Source: Candidatus Magasanikbacteria bacterium RIFOXYC2_FULL_42_28
GTDB taxonomy: Bacteria > Patescibacteriota > Patescibacteriia > Magasanikbacterales > GWA2-37-8
Assembly (NCBI GenBank): GCA_001784435.1
Contig: MFQZ01000001.1
Span: 16,032 to 80,031, forward strand
Length of the DNA stretch: 64,000 nucleotides
Direction of reading: 5' to 3'
Under the pieces are notes generated by a model, which saw only the letters and a list, made by a program, of their open reading frames with translations, was not told where the DNA came from and made no database searches. Shown here in pieces: positions 37,974 to 47,477 of this stretch. Each line of letters starts with the position of its first letter. Position 1 is the first letter of the stretch. The translations under genes and the position numbers were made by a program.

Positions 37974-38713
37974 ATATGTGGCGTAAATCCATATTAATTA
38001 TTCTGATTGTCGTCATTGCCATTGGTGTTTATCTCAATCGCTCTTACGCGCATTTTTTTAATTATATCACTGATCACTTTCAAACTAACCCCACTATTAA
38101 TTACAACTACGAAATTGGAATTGGACCACCGATAAAATATGTGGCTCTGGGTGACAGCTTGACTGCCGGCACCGGCACCAATGAACCGACCGACAGTTTT
38201 CCTTATCAACTATCACAAAAAATAGCAGCTGACGGACACAGAGTTGAATTAATGAATTTGGGGATACCGGGCGGAAAGGCCGACAACATAATCAGTGGGC
38301 AAATTGAAAAAACCATCGCGTTTAAGCCAAATTTAATTACTATCCTAATTGGGGTTAATGATCTGCAGGACAAAATAAAAAAGACGATGTTTGCGCAGAA
38401 TTTAGACAAAATTATCGTAGAGCTAAAAGCCAAAACAACCGCCCGCATCATCGTCGCGAGTATACCTCATTTAGGCGCCTACCCGGCCTTACTTTGGCCA
38501 CATTACCAATATTTTAATTACCAAACACAAAAATTTAACACGGTAATTCAAAATATTGCCACTGCCAATTCCGTGGAATTTATTGATTTATATTCTTACA
38601 ATAAAAATTTAGAAAAAACCGGCGACAATTTTTATTCACCGGATTATTTTCATCCTAATAAAAACGGCTACCGCGCCTGGGCCGAATTTTTCTATGCAAA
38701 TTACCGTAAATAA
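37964..38713 (+). CDS. SGNH/GDSL-family hydrolase (putative O-acetyl esterase/transferase partner)
   Basis: Block I VALGDSLTAGTG with catalytic Ser; N-terminal TM anchor; overlaps downstream acyltransferase-3 gene. Confidence 0.7.
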   Translation: MAINMWRKSILIILIVVIAIGVYLNRSYAHFFNYITDHFQTNPTINYNYEIGIGPPIKYVALGDSLTAGTGTNEPTDSFPYQLSQKIAADGHRVELMNLGIPGGKADNIISGQIEKTIAFKPNLITILIGVNDLQDKIKKTMFAQNLDKIIVELKAKTTARIIVASIPHLGAYPALLWPHYQYFNYQTQKFNTVIQNIATANSVEFIDLYSYNKNLEKTGDNFYSPDYFHPNKNGYRAWAEFFYANYRK

Positions 38714-39815
38714 CCCCGAACAACAAACGTTAATTTTTGGAATTATTTTTTTAGTGGCGCTAATAGCATTTTTACGATTTCGAAAAAATAATGGCGATTT
38801 ATTCCCCACCACAACGACGAACGAATTAAAAGGAGTGGCGATTATCGCGATCGTCTTGGCGCATATCGGCTATTTTTTATCGACCAATACGAAATTTCTA
38901 TTCCCCTATTCAATTTTCGCCGGCGCCGGGGTTGATTTATTTTTATTTTTGTCCGGCTTTGGCTTGGCGGCTTCGGCACTAAAAAAAGAAATCTCCACAA
39001 TTGAATTTTATAAAAAACGACTGAAAAAAATATTAGTACCGATGTGGGTGACAATGGTGATATTATTAATCGCTGATTGGCTGATTTTGGGGATCAAATA
39101 TCCGACTAACGCGATTGTCAAAAATTTTCTCGGTTTTTTCCAAACAGCCGATTTATTTAACGACATCAATTCCCCGCTTTGGTTTATCACTTTAATTTTC
39201 GCTTATTATTTATTATTTCCATTAGTGTTCAACAGGCGCGCGCCCTGGATTTCGGCATTAATTTTATTTTTTTTAGGATATTATTTTGTCCAAGCGCCCC
39301 ACGAAAAATTGCAAGATATTTTGCATCTGTGGAAATGGCATATTTTGGCTTTCCCGGTGGGCGTGGCGTTTGCCGATTTGCTTAATACCAAACTACTAAA
39401 CAACACGGTTGCTAAATCAAAAAAATATTTTTCGCGCTTTGCTAAAACTACGTTTATCGCCCGGTTACTTTTGGCGAGCGCACTTTTAATAACTGGCTGG
39501 TATGTGGCGGTTGATTTGCGTATCGGCTCGGGCTGGTGGTATGAAGAAAAAATTTGTGTTTTAGTGGCGTTACTGGTACTATTGGCTTTTATGATATTAC
39601 CGTTGCGTTTTACAATTTTAGAAATTTTGGGATCATGCTCCTACGAAATTTACTTAATACACTGGCCACTTTTGTATCGTTATGATTTATTTTATAAATA
39701 CCTGCCGGCCGGATTAGCGACCATATTATATTTTGCTCTTTTTATCGGCTTGGGATTATTACTGCAAAAAGGAACGGAATTAATCGCAAAAAAAACCCGA
39801 CTGGGGAGGGCTTGA
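38694..39815 (+). CDS. Acyltransferase family 3 membrane protein (OatA/OafA-like)
   Basis: 373 aa, ~10 TM helices, conserved IIAIVLAHIGYF-type N-terminal helix with His. Confidence 0.65.
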   Translation: MQITVNNPEQQTLIFGIIFLVALIAFLRFRKNNGDLFPTTTTNELKGVAIIAIVLAHIGYFLSTNTKFLFPYSIFAGAGVDLFLFLSGFGLAASALKKEISTIEFYKKRLKKILVPMWVTMVILLIADWLILGIKYPTNAIVKNFLGFFQTADLFNDINSPLWFITLIFAYYLLFPLVFNRRAPWISALILFFLGYYFVQAPHEKLQDILHLWKWHILAFPVGVAFADLLNTKLLNNTVAKSKKYFSRFAKTTFIARLLLASALLITGWYVAVDLRIGSGWWYEEKICVLVALLVLLAFMILPLRFTILEILGSCSYEIYLIHWPLLYRYDLFYKYLPAGLATILYFALFIGLGLLLQKGTELIAKKTRLGRA

Positions 39816-39950
39816 TTTTATCTACTAGTCGTGCTAAAATTGGAAACGTTTAAATCGTCCGCCAAAGGCGCTGCGCCTGCCTCTGGCACGGGACACCCGC
39901 CTGTGGCGGGGGCTTGATTACGCAAAAAAATAACATACAAAATAAACAAA

Positions 39951-40023
39951 CGGGCTATAGCGCAGTTGGTAGCGCGCGTGGTTCGGGACCACGAGGCCGT
40001 GGGTTCAAATCCCACTAGCCCGA
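39951..40023 (+). tRNA. tRNA-Pro (anticodon CGG)
   Basis: Manual cloverleaf: acceptor CGGGCUA/UAGCCCG, D-arm GCGC-AGUUGGUA-GCGC, anticodon stem CGUGG/CCACG loop UUCGGGA, T-arm GUGGGUUCAAAUCCCAC. Confidence 0.8.
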
Positions 40024-40028
40024 CACAT

Positions 40029-40370
40029 TAAAAAAGAAAGCAAATGCTTTCTTTTTTAATGTGTCGCAGTCACTGAACGACGTGCGAACCTTTTTTGAAA
40101 AAAATATTATTGGCCAATAATCGAGTTTCCGCGCCCCGTCCGGCGGACGGGGCAACAAACAAGTTTGTTTTTTTCTGAAAGAAAAAGCGGAAACCGTGAA
40201 CCCGTTTGCCCCGACCAAGTCGTGGCAAAATTGTTCGCGACAAGCCCCCCCCCTGTCCGTTTGTGTTGAAAATTACTTTTTGCCTACCACCGCCAGAGGC
40301 GGGCAGGCGTATCGGGCGGGCGTGTCTGAGTGGCTGGTGGGTGGATATTAGTATTTAAATACTAATACGC
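40029..40370. repeat. Left copy of ~340-bp inverted repeat (IR-L) bounding accessory island; begins with hairpin aaaaaagaaagcaaatgctttctttttt
   Basis: ~88% identical to reverse complement of 54624-54968; contains conserved hairpins (ccccgtcc-ggcg-ggacgggg; ccgcc-aga-ggcgg) and ends inward with palindrome tattagtatttaaatactaata. Confidence 0.85.
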
Positions 40371-40376
40371 ATTTTT

Positions 40377-40781
40377 TTAAAACTTATACCACTTTTTACG
40401 ATTACACTTCTGACACGCTAATTGTAGATTTTTTATATGGTTTGATCCGTAACTTTCTGACGGTACTTTTTTCAGCTTTCCATTTTGCATCATTGGTCTC
40501 ATCTTCCGCAAACTCTTACTTAATTGATTGCTCGCCACCGGAATAATATGATCTATCTGCTGACCTTTGGTAATTTTACAAATCTCGCAAATACCCCCTG
40601 AACGCTTTAAAAGTATTTGCAATAATTTTGGTTTTAACAAATTATATTCTTGTCTTTTAATCGCCGAACTGCGAAAATCAAAATAATCACAGTACTTGCT
40701 CCCCAATAATTTTTCGTCACCGCCGGTCAATTTATCGGCAAAATATTTTTTATCTGCCTTATATTTAAAATGTAAAGGCAT
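40377..40781 (-). CDS. HNH endonuclease
   Basis: CEIC...DHIIP...N...N...CQKCNRKK HNH zinc-finger nuclease motif. Confidence 0.75.
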   Translation of the reverse strand: MPLHFKYKADKKYFADKLTGGDEKLLGSKYCDYFDFRSSAIKRQEYNLLKPKLLQILLKRSGGICEICKITKGQQIDHIIPVASNQLSKSLRKMRPMMQNGKLKKVPSESYGSNHIKNLQLACQKCNRKKWYKF

Positions 40782-40791
40782 AATTTATAAT

Positions 40792-40965
40792 TTATTTTTT
40801 CCAATCCCTAACCACAAACCCACCACGCGTCTTTTTCACCGTCACTTTTTGTTTTTCTTTCCACCCCAACACGCGCAAAATTTCAATTGGAATAGTGACG
40901 GAAAAACTATCCCCTATTTTGATTATTTTTCTGATTTCTTGTTTGTTTAATTTTTGGAGTGGCAT
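40792..40965 (-). CDS. AbrB/MazE/SpoVT-type swapped-hairpin DNA-binding protein (57 aa)
   Basis: Manual translation MPLQKLNKQEIRKIIKIGDSFSVTIPIEILRVLGWKEKQKVTVKKTRGGFVVRDWKK; IGDSxxVTIP motif typical of AbrB/MazE fold; 10 nt upstream of HNH gene. Confidence 0.55.
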   Translation of the reverse strand: MPLQKLNKQEIRKIIKIGDSFSVTIPIEILRVLGWKEKQKVTVKKTRGGFVVRDWKK

Positions 40966-40999
40966 ATATATTTAAATAATGATTAAAAAAATTATCCTA

Positions 41000-41365
41000 T
41001 CAAAATTTTGACGCCTTTGCGAATTTTTTGGTTATAACCCAGTTTAAGCCAGCACCTAACCCCCAACCGACAAGGCCAATTAAAATAGGGAAATAAATAT
41101 GTAATCGTTCAAAATAAATTTCAAATAACGCCGCCGGCAAAAGTCCGAACAAAATCCAAAGATATTTATTTTTATCACCAAAAATGGTAAAAATAAAAAT
41201 TAGAAAAAAAATGTAGGCAAGTGGTAGACCAATTAGAACAGTCATATCAACATACCCGCCAATATGAAAAAAACTATCATAAAATTCCCCGACACTATAC
41301 GAACTAAAATAAGCCAAAACCAACACCGCCGTCAACAATAAAATATTTTTAACTACTTTATTCAT
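41000..41365 (-). CDS. Small membrane protein (4 TM), unknown function
   Basis: 121 aa, four hydrophobic helices. Confidence 0.4.
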   Translation of the reverse strand: MNKVVKNILLLTAVLVLAYFSSYSVGEFYDSFFHIGGYVDMTVLIGLPLAYIFFLIFIFTIFGDKNKYLWILFGLLPAALFEIYFERLHIYFPILIGLVGWGLGAGLNWVITKKFAKASKF

Positions 41366-41374
41366 AAATTTAAA

Positions 41375-43789
41375 TTAATTATTTAATAACCAGTTAAGAT
41401 CTTCTAATAGCACGGCATAGGCCGGAGCGGTAATGGCTTTGTCGCGTTTGTTCGTTAATTCTCTTAAAAAGTTTAGCCCTAAAATTTTGTCAATCCTTTG
41501 GGTCAACCTTTCAATTCTTTCCGCTCGTCTAGGGGCGGGAAATTTTGGTGGTTTGGCTTTGATGGTTTCAATTATCATTTCCAAACGAATGGCGTTTTTT
41601 AATTTGTTTATTAAACTATTTTTGGTGGACAAATTTTTTATCCAGCCCAAAATAAACATTTTTTCAATGTCGGCAATAGTACTGGACGGGGTGGCGATTA
41701 GTTGATAAATGATCGTAGCCGTGGCGGTATTGCCGGCGAAATCAGTGGCGGTAGCGAAAAAAATATGGTTGCCTAATTTTTGGGTGAACAAATCAATTGG
41801 CTCGCCCACGACTACTATTTTACCATCTAACGACCAAACCTGCGACTGGATGCCAGAGTCGGCGTCGGTGCTGGAAACGGAAACTGCCAAACTGTCCACG
41901 CGAGTATAATTCTGTGCCAAAGGCGAATTAATAGTTACTATTGGCGAAATAGTATCTCCAGCTGGTTTTACTTCTAAAACAGACGGCTCGGCATTGTCTA
42001 CTATAAACTCCAAATCGGCAATTTCGTCTGACAAAATTGTGCTTTGGTAATTACTACTTACGGATTGGCTATCGCTGACATAACTAGCGACAATCGTGTA
42101 TTCTCCGCCATCACCGGTACCTTGGGCTTGAATTTTATATTCGCCATCCAGTGGGTTTGGAACGGTAATGTATTCGTTGTCTGTAGCAAAACCAGAATAA
42201 AAAGCACCTTCAATTTCGTTGAATTCTTCGCCGGTATTAAAGTCCTTACCTACGCGCTTACCGTCCGGGGCGATGACGACAATGTCGGCTGGGGAGAGGA
42301 TTTTGATGAGGAGAATTTTGACATTGGGAAAATAAGAATGATTAACTTCAACCGGATCGTTAATATCTGATAGCTGACCTATGATTATTTTTTCCGCCTC
42401 GGTTGGTAAATTTCTATGCCCAGAATTATAAACAACCGTGCGTAAATCATTATTGTAGGCACTAACATATCTACTACTGCGCAGAGGAACCGTATCATCT
42501 CCATCGCCTAATTCCAACCCCAAATCAGCGGTTGTACCATCATATCCATCAGGGAATCCATCTTCCCACACTGGCTTAATAGGTGAATCAACTACCCGAA
42601 TCGTGTTTATGGTGTTACTTGTGTCTAAATTACCAACGATATTAAAAATTGAAACGCCGGAATTAAATAATCGATCAATATTAGCGTTTAACTCTTCTAA
42701 AAACGGATTAACCGGATAATTATTGGGATATGCACGCATTTGGCCGGTGCTTTTGTCTTTTAAATAATCATAAATCGGTAACAATTCTTGGGCTGATGCT
42801 ATTGGTTCACGATGAACATAATCAAAAATATCCATATAGCCGGATTTTTTAGCTTCTCTTGAAAAAAATGATTCTTTTAGGTTGTCTTCTATATTAACTC
42901 CAAACTCCTCCGCCTCCCAAGTTAAATACGATGCTGGTGCCCCCAAATGCGGCGTCCCTAAAAATATCAATTGGTCGACATCTTGAATATAATCATCAGA
43001 TTGGATATATTGCCGCGCGACTAATCCACCCATAGAGTGTCCGACCAAATCCACTTTATCGCACTGGCAATTTTCTTTTACCTCATCAATTTTTTCTTTT
43101 AATTGAAAAGCCGTGTCCACATTGGACTGGCGCCACTCATATGGGAAAGTAAATAAATCATAGCCGAGGCGATAACCATTAGCCACGAAAGTATCCACCA
43201 AATTATCATAGGTATGAAAAATAGGATCAATCACCCACTCACCATTTTTTTGTTCGCTTCCCATAACGCCGGGAATAATAATAACCGGATCGCTTTTTAC
43301 ATTTACTTCGTATTCGCCACTCGCGGGCAAGCGCGCGCTATTGCCAAAACTGTCGGTGGTTTCAAAATGAAACGAATAATGTCCGCGTACGAGAGTGGGA
43401 GATGATGTAAAAATATATTCTATGCCACCATAATAACCACAATTTAAATAATTTTCTTCGCCATTGGGACCAAAACCTAACCAACACTGATCCGCACTGG
43501 CGTTTCTGATCATTGGATAAGAGGCACCATCAATAACGACATTGATATCCAGCGGCGCGTCGTTGTCTTGGTCGGTATAAATCATTTTAAAATCCGGCAC
43601 GGAAGAAATATACCAAGAATATGGCTGCTCATCGATATAAAGATTGGCTTGGTCGTAGGTATGCGACAGGGTTGGTGGTTGATTGTCGGGGATTATAATG
43701 GCCGCCTGTATGACCAATGGCGCGAATAAAAACGCAACAAAAAAAGCCACGGAAATCATGACCTTTTTTGACCAAAAATTATGGTTCAT
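41375..43789 (-). CDS. Secreted alpha/beta-hydrolase lipase (GxSxG) with C-terminal Ig-like/Big-type domains
   Basis: Signal peptide MISVAFFVAFLFAPLVIQA; PGVMGS and VGHSMGGLVARQY lipase-class-2/PGAP1-like motifs; C-terminal beta-rich repeats (SVSSTDADSG...). Confidence 0.6.
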   Translation of the reverse strand: MNHNFWSKKVMISVAFFVAFLFAPLVIQAAIIIPDNQPPTLSHTYDQANLYIDEQPYSWYISSVPDFKMIYTDQDNDAPLDINVVIDGASYPMIRNASADQCWLGFGPNGEENYLNCGYYGGIEYIFTSSPTLVRGHYSFHFETTDSFGNSARLPASGEYEVNVKSDPVIIIPGVMGSEQKNGEWVIDPIFHTYDNLVDTFVANGYRLGYDLFTFPYEWRQSNVDTAFQLKEKIDEVKENCQCDKVDLVGHSMGGLVARQYIQSDDYIQDVDQLIFLGTPHLGAPASYLTWEAEEFGVNIEDNLKESFFSREAKKSGYMDIFDYVHREPIASAQELLPIYDYLKDKSTGQMRAYPNNYPVNPFLEELNANIDRLFNSGVSIFNIVGNLDTSNTINTIRVVDSPIKPVWEDGFPDGYDGTTADLGLELGDGDDTVPLRSSRYVSAYNNDLRTVVYNSGHRNLPTEAEKIIIGQLSDINDPVEVNHSYFPNVKILLIKILSPADIVVIAPDGKRVGKDFNTGEEFNEIEGAFYSGFATDNEYITVPNPLDGEYKIQAQGTGDGGEYTIVASYVSDSQSVSSNYQSTILSDEIADLEFIVDNAEPSVLEVKPAGDTISPIVTINSPLAQNYTRVDSLAVSVSSTDADSGIQSQVWSLDGKIVVVGEPIDLFTQKLGNHIFFATATDFAGNTATATIIYQLIATPSSTIADIEKMFILGWIKNLSTKNSLINKLKNAIRLEMIIETIKAKPPKFPAPRRAERIERLTQRIDKILGLNFLRELTNKRDKAITAPAYAVLLEDLNWLLNN

Positions 43790-43835
43790 ATTTTTTCCCT
43801 CCTTTAAAAATAAAATTCAAATATAGTTTTGACGA

Positions 43836-44222
43836 TCACATACTCCCCAATTTCGCCTTAACAATTTTCACCACCGCGTCCGGCCGCACATCCACTTTGG
43901 AAATAAAATCAATCGCTCCCATCGCTACGCCCTTTTCTTTATTGCCGGCCACCCGTACATTGGACAATAGATACACGGGTATATTTTTTGTGGCCGGATT
44001 ACTTTTCATCTCCGCTAAAATATCAAAGCCACTTTTATTATCATCCAATTGCAAATCCAACAATAATAAATCCGGTTTTATTTCCGCAACCATTTTACGG
44101 CCACTGTCAAAAGTATCGGCCGTTATTAAATCCAATCCTTCCACTTTAAATTTCAGCACATACATATTGGTAATTATCGGCTCATCTTCAATTAACAATA
44201 TTTTTACTTTTTTATTGTTCAT
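43836..44222 (-). CDS. Single-domain response regulator (CheY-like receiver)
   Basis: KILLIEDEP...DLLLLDLQL...K receiver motifs with phospho-acceptor Asp. Confidence 0.75.
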   Translation of the reverse strand: MNNKKVKILLIEDEPIITNMYVLKFKVEGLDLITADTFDSGRKMVAEIKPDLLLLDLQLDDNKSGFDILAEMKSNPATKNIPVYLLSNVRVAGNKEKGVAMGAIDFISKVDVRPDAVVKIVKAKLGSM

Positions 44223-44252
44223 ATTTTTTTAAAATAAAAATTAAACGCTTTT

Positions 44253-46058
44253 TTATTTTTTGGCCAAAATTTCCAAGGCCTTGGTCTCGGGTATAACCGG
44301 AATAGCCGGGATAGTAACGGTAAAAGTAGTACCCTTATCCACCCCCGCACTTTCAAGTGTAATCGCGCCATTATGCGCTTTCACAATTTTTCGCGCGATA
44401 AACAACCCCAAACCAGAACCATCCGGATGCACTAACATCGCCCGTTTGGCGCGTTGGAATTTTTGGAATAAATTGCGTTCCTCTTCTTCGCTTACGCCAA
44501 TACCGGTGTCTTTTATTTCAAATACAACATTCTCGCCACTACCATAAACACGCACGGTCGCCCCGCCTTTTTCCGTGTATTGGCAAGCATCATCAATTAA
44601 ATTCATAAATACTTGCAAAAGTAAAGTTGGATCAGCGGGGAAATACGGCGTGAGTTTCTCAGGCGCAATATATTTTAAATATAATTCTTTTTTGTCATAA
44701 TTCGGTTTAAGAGTGTTAATGGCTTCGGCGACTAACTTTTCCACATTAACCGGTACCAATTTTAACGATAACCCCATTTCTGCTTCCATCGCGTCCATTA
44801 AATCGGCGACGATATTCTTCAGACGGTCGGCCGAAATTAACATATTATTCTGCTGTTCTTTTTGTTCTTTGTCCGATAATTTCTCAAAATCGCCGTCGGC
44901 TTGCATTGACAATAAACCAATCATCGCGGACAATGGCGTGCGTAATTGATGCGAGGCAATATCCAAAAATTCGCTTTTTTGTTTGTCTAATTCTTTTAAA
45001 CTGACATTGGCCGTGTCCAATTGATTATTGCTCACTTCCAAAGATTCGGCCAGTCCTTTGAGCGCGGAATTTTTTTCTTTTAAATTTAAATTGGCGTCGT
45101 CTAATTTAAGGTTGGTGCGTTTCAGATCATTGGCAAGTTTGGCCATTTCTTCGCGAGCTTGAATTTCTTTTTTGACAGAACGAACAAGGAAATAGCCGAG
45201 CGTTGTCACTAAAATAAAAGTAAACACAACAACCACACGGACATTTTCTATCCGTCTGATAAATAAAATTGACAGCACTAAAAAGCCAAGTGCGGAAACT
45301 AACGCCTGAGTGCCAAACATTTTAACATTAAATGCGTTAAATTTAACGATAATATAGGCAAGGAAAGCAACAAATACCGGAGCACCGAAGAGGCCATATT
45401 GACCCAGTGTCCAATCTGCGGTAATACTTTGAACCAAATTGCCCCAAGAAAAAGCCAAAAGAAATAAAGAAATCCCCGAAACAATAAGCAATATCTGTTT
45501 CCTAAATTCTTTATCCGCCTTTATATATTTGGCCACAGAAAATATTAACATCCAAATTATAAAAATAAATTCTATAATATAGCCATACTGAACAAGTGCG
45601 CCCTCAATCGCTGCCCTATCGCAGTTAGTGTGGTCAAAGGCGGATACGCCCAAACTGGTCGGGGCGAGTAATACCATCGGCAAAAGCATTAAAGCAATTA
45701 TAATTTTATTTTTAAAATTTATATCTTTTTTATTTATAAATACATAAACAAAATAAAGACAGCCAGCGTAAATTAACGGCTCTATTAGTACTTCCAAAGC
45801 CCAAAATACCATTATCAATTCCGGCTTTTCGCTCGCCCACAAAACTAGGTCGGCATATACCCAAAAAGAAAAAACTGCCAAGATAAAAAATAGTGCTTGA
45901 TTAATTAGTGATTTTTTATCTTTAAGTAAAATAAAAAAACCGATAATCACAGAAAAGATTAGTGGCAGAAGGTGGGAATAGTAAACAAAGCTTCCAAAAA
46001 CATTCGCGGAAATAATTAAAAACTTTGCATTGTCCCAATTGCAAGATAAATAATCCAT
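44253..46058 (-). CDS. Sensor histidine kinase with N-terminal ~7-TM sensing domain
   Basis: H-box HQLRTPLSAM, N/G1/G2 HATPase boxes (DTGIGV, GSGLGL); long polytopic N-terminus. Confidence 0.8.
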   Translation of the reverse strand: MDYLSCNWDNAKFLIISANVFGSFVYYSHLLPLIFSVIIGFFILLKDKKSLINQALFFILAVFSFWVYADLVLWASEKPELIMVFWALEVLIEPLIYAGCLYFVYVFINKKDINFKNKIIIALMLLPMVLLAPTSLGVSAFDHTNCDRAAIEGALVQYGYIIEFIFIIWMLIFSVAKYIKADKEFRKQILLIVSGISLFLLAFSWGNLVQSITADWTLGQYGLFGAPVFVAFLAYIIVKFNAFNVKMFGTQALVSALGFLVLSILFIRRIENVRVVVVFTFILVTTLGYFLVRSVKKEIQAREEMAKLANDLKRTNLKLDDANLNLKEKNSALKGLAESLEVSNNQLDTANVSLKELDKQKSEFLDIASHQLRTPLSAMIGLLSMQADGDFEKLSDKEQKEQQNNMLISADRLKNIVADLMDAMEAEMGLSLKLVPVNVEKLVAEAINTLKPNYDKKELYLKYIAPEKLTPYFPADPTLLLQVFMNLIDDACQYTEKGGATVRVYGSGENVVFEIKDTGIGVSEEEERNLFQKFQRAKRAMLVHPDGSGLGLFIARKIVKAHNGAITLESAGVDKGTTFTVTIPAIPVIPETKALEILAKK

Positions 46059-46088
46059 AAAATAATTGCTTAAATAAATAGTGCTAAT

Positions 46089-46634
46089 TTATTTAGTGGG
46101 TTGTGCACGCTTGTTGGCATGATGCCTATGATAAGCAGTTTGAAAAAATTTTGGAATGTGTGGCAAATAATTGTCAAAAAAAGATTTCGGTAAAAATTGA
46201 ACCGATCTAACTACTTTTCTGCACCTATCGCTTTTGCAAAGACAACGCATATACCATAACTTCTCACTTTCAATGGTAGAATAATCAAGCGTAATTTCCT
46301 CACCCTGTTTGATGTGCTTTAGAGCCACCACAGTAACTGTGCCCTTAATAGCAGAATTGGGGTGGCAAGAATGGTTTAAATATTTAAATGGCACTGCCGG
46401 ATCTATCCACAAATTCTTTTTTATACCTATCCAGTCTTCACCATACATTGCCGTCTTCATGTCTTTAACCACCCAATGAACAAGTTCGCCTTTAATTATT
46501 GCCACTGTCTCACCCTTTTTAATATCTTTAGAGGCAAAAAGGCCAAACCCGTCAATACGGCTCTTAGATATATAAATTTTTTTATGTTTAAAATTTGTTC
46601 TATCCATACACGATTTATAAAATATGACATCCAA
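46089..46634 (-). CDS. SET-domain protein-lysine methyltransferase with post-SET Cys cluster
   Basis: NHSCHPN, EEITLDY, post-SET CLCKSDRC motifs. Confidence 0.7.
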   Translation of the reverse strand: MDVIFYKSCMDRTNFKHKKIYISKSRIDGFGLFASKDIKKGETVAIIKGELVHWVVKDMKTAMYGEDWIGIKKNLWIDPAVPFKYLNHSCHPNSAIKGTVTVVALKHIKQGEEITLDYSTIESEKLWYMRCLCKSDRCRKVVRSVQFLPKSFFDNYLPHIPKFFQTAYHRHHANKRAQPTK

Positions 46635-46654
46635 ATGAATAATAATTCAACCAA

Positions 46655-47032
46655 TTATCCAAATCTATAAAGCAAAGCCAGCGAAAATAATCCGGCGACT
46701 ATTCCAGCAATCTCGTAAGCATTTAAGCGTTCATTAAAAAATAATACGCCAACTATAACCAGTGCCAAAATCGTCGTAACTCCGTAGATAACACCGAGCG
46801 TGCCTAACTTAATATTTTTCATTACAAAAAACCACCCTACTGCAGTTAAAGAATATACCACAAAACCAATTATAAATAATTTATAATCAATATACTTGGT
46901 TTTATCATCGCCCGATAATTTGATAAAATAATCACCCAAAACGCCAACCAAACTTAAAGCGATAACTAATAAAAACGCATAAAAATAACTCATAAAATCA
47001 TCTAAAAAAATAATGACTACGGGGATGCGCAC
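46655..47032 (-). CDS. Small multidrug-resistance/DMT-like 4-TM transporter
   Basis: 125 aa, four TM helices, size/topology of SMR/EamA half-transporters. Confidence 0.45.
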   Translation of the reverse strand: MRIPVVIIFLDDFMSYFYAFLLVIALSLVGVLGDYFIKLSGDDKTKYIDYKLFIIGFVVYSLTAVGWFFVMKNIKLGTLGVIYGVTTILALVIVGVLFFNERLNAYEIAGIVAGLFSLALLYRFG

Positions 47033-47385
47033 TGGTCGGTGCCTTCATCTCCTGAATTCTCGCATAAAAACTCTAAGCAAGAGGCGTCGCCTGTGCAGGA
47101 AGGAATTGGGCAATCGCTAACTTCGCCAGCGCAATTTGGCAAATTATAGGCCTTCTTTTCTATTATTTTGTAATAACTTGTGCGCTCTTCTGGGTCAGCC
47201 GGACATTCGCTGTCTTCGGATGGATCGCACTCAGACACAAAACACCGTTCAGCCAATTGATCGCACGGCACTTGTAAACGAACGTAATAATCACGTTTAT
47301 TTACATAGCGATAATAAACTACCGCAATTGACGCGACTATGGCTGTAAAAAATATTATAAAAAATATTTTAGATTTTTTGTCCAT
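47017..47385 (-). CDS. Cys-rich secreted/membrane-anchored small protein
   Basis: N-terminal TM anchor, 12 Cys in 122 aa (CDQLAERCFVSECD...CAGEVSDCPIPSCTGDASCLEFLC). Confidence 0.35.
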   Translation of the reverse strand: MDKKSKIFFIIFFTAIVASIAVVYYRYVNKRDYYVRLQVPCDQLAERCFVSECDPSEDSECPADPEERTSYYKIIEKKAYNLPNCAGEVSDCPIPSCTGDASCLEFLCENSGDEGTDQCASP

Positions 47386-47477
47386 AATGTTAAAAATGCC
47401 TTAAATTAAGGGTACTTTTACTATATCACATTTTTCAAATATTTACCACCAACATTAACCCATGGATACTAGACGCT

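Noticed and set aside
39870-39945. Three consecutive GC hairpins (ggcgc..gcgcc, gcc-tct-ggc, cccgcc-tgt-ggcggg) between acyltransferase gene and tRNA-Pro
   Set aside because: Possibly a terminator cluster or another GC-rich repeat family member. Similarity to the IR or mnmA elements is only partial (shared gcctctggc), so not called separately.
40015-40218. Short ORFs inside the island inverted repeats (40015-40218; 54646-54903; 54731-54937)
   Set aside because: The reading frame open in IR-R is interrupted by a stop (caa taa) at the homologous position of IR-L, and the copies show structure-preserving rather than codon-preserving substitutions. Treated as non-coding.
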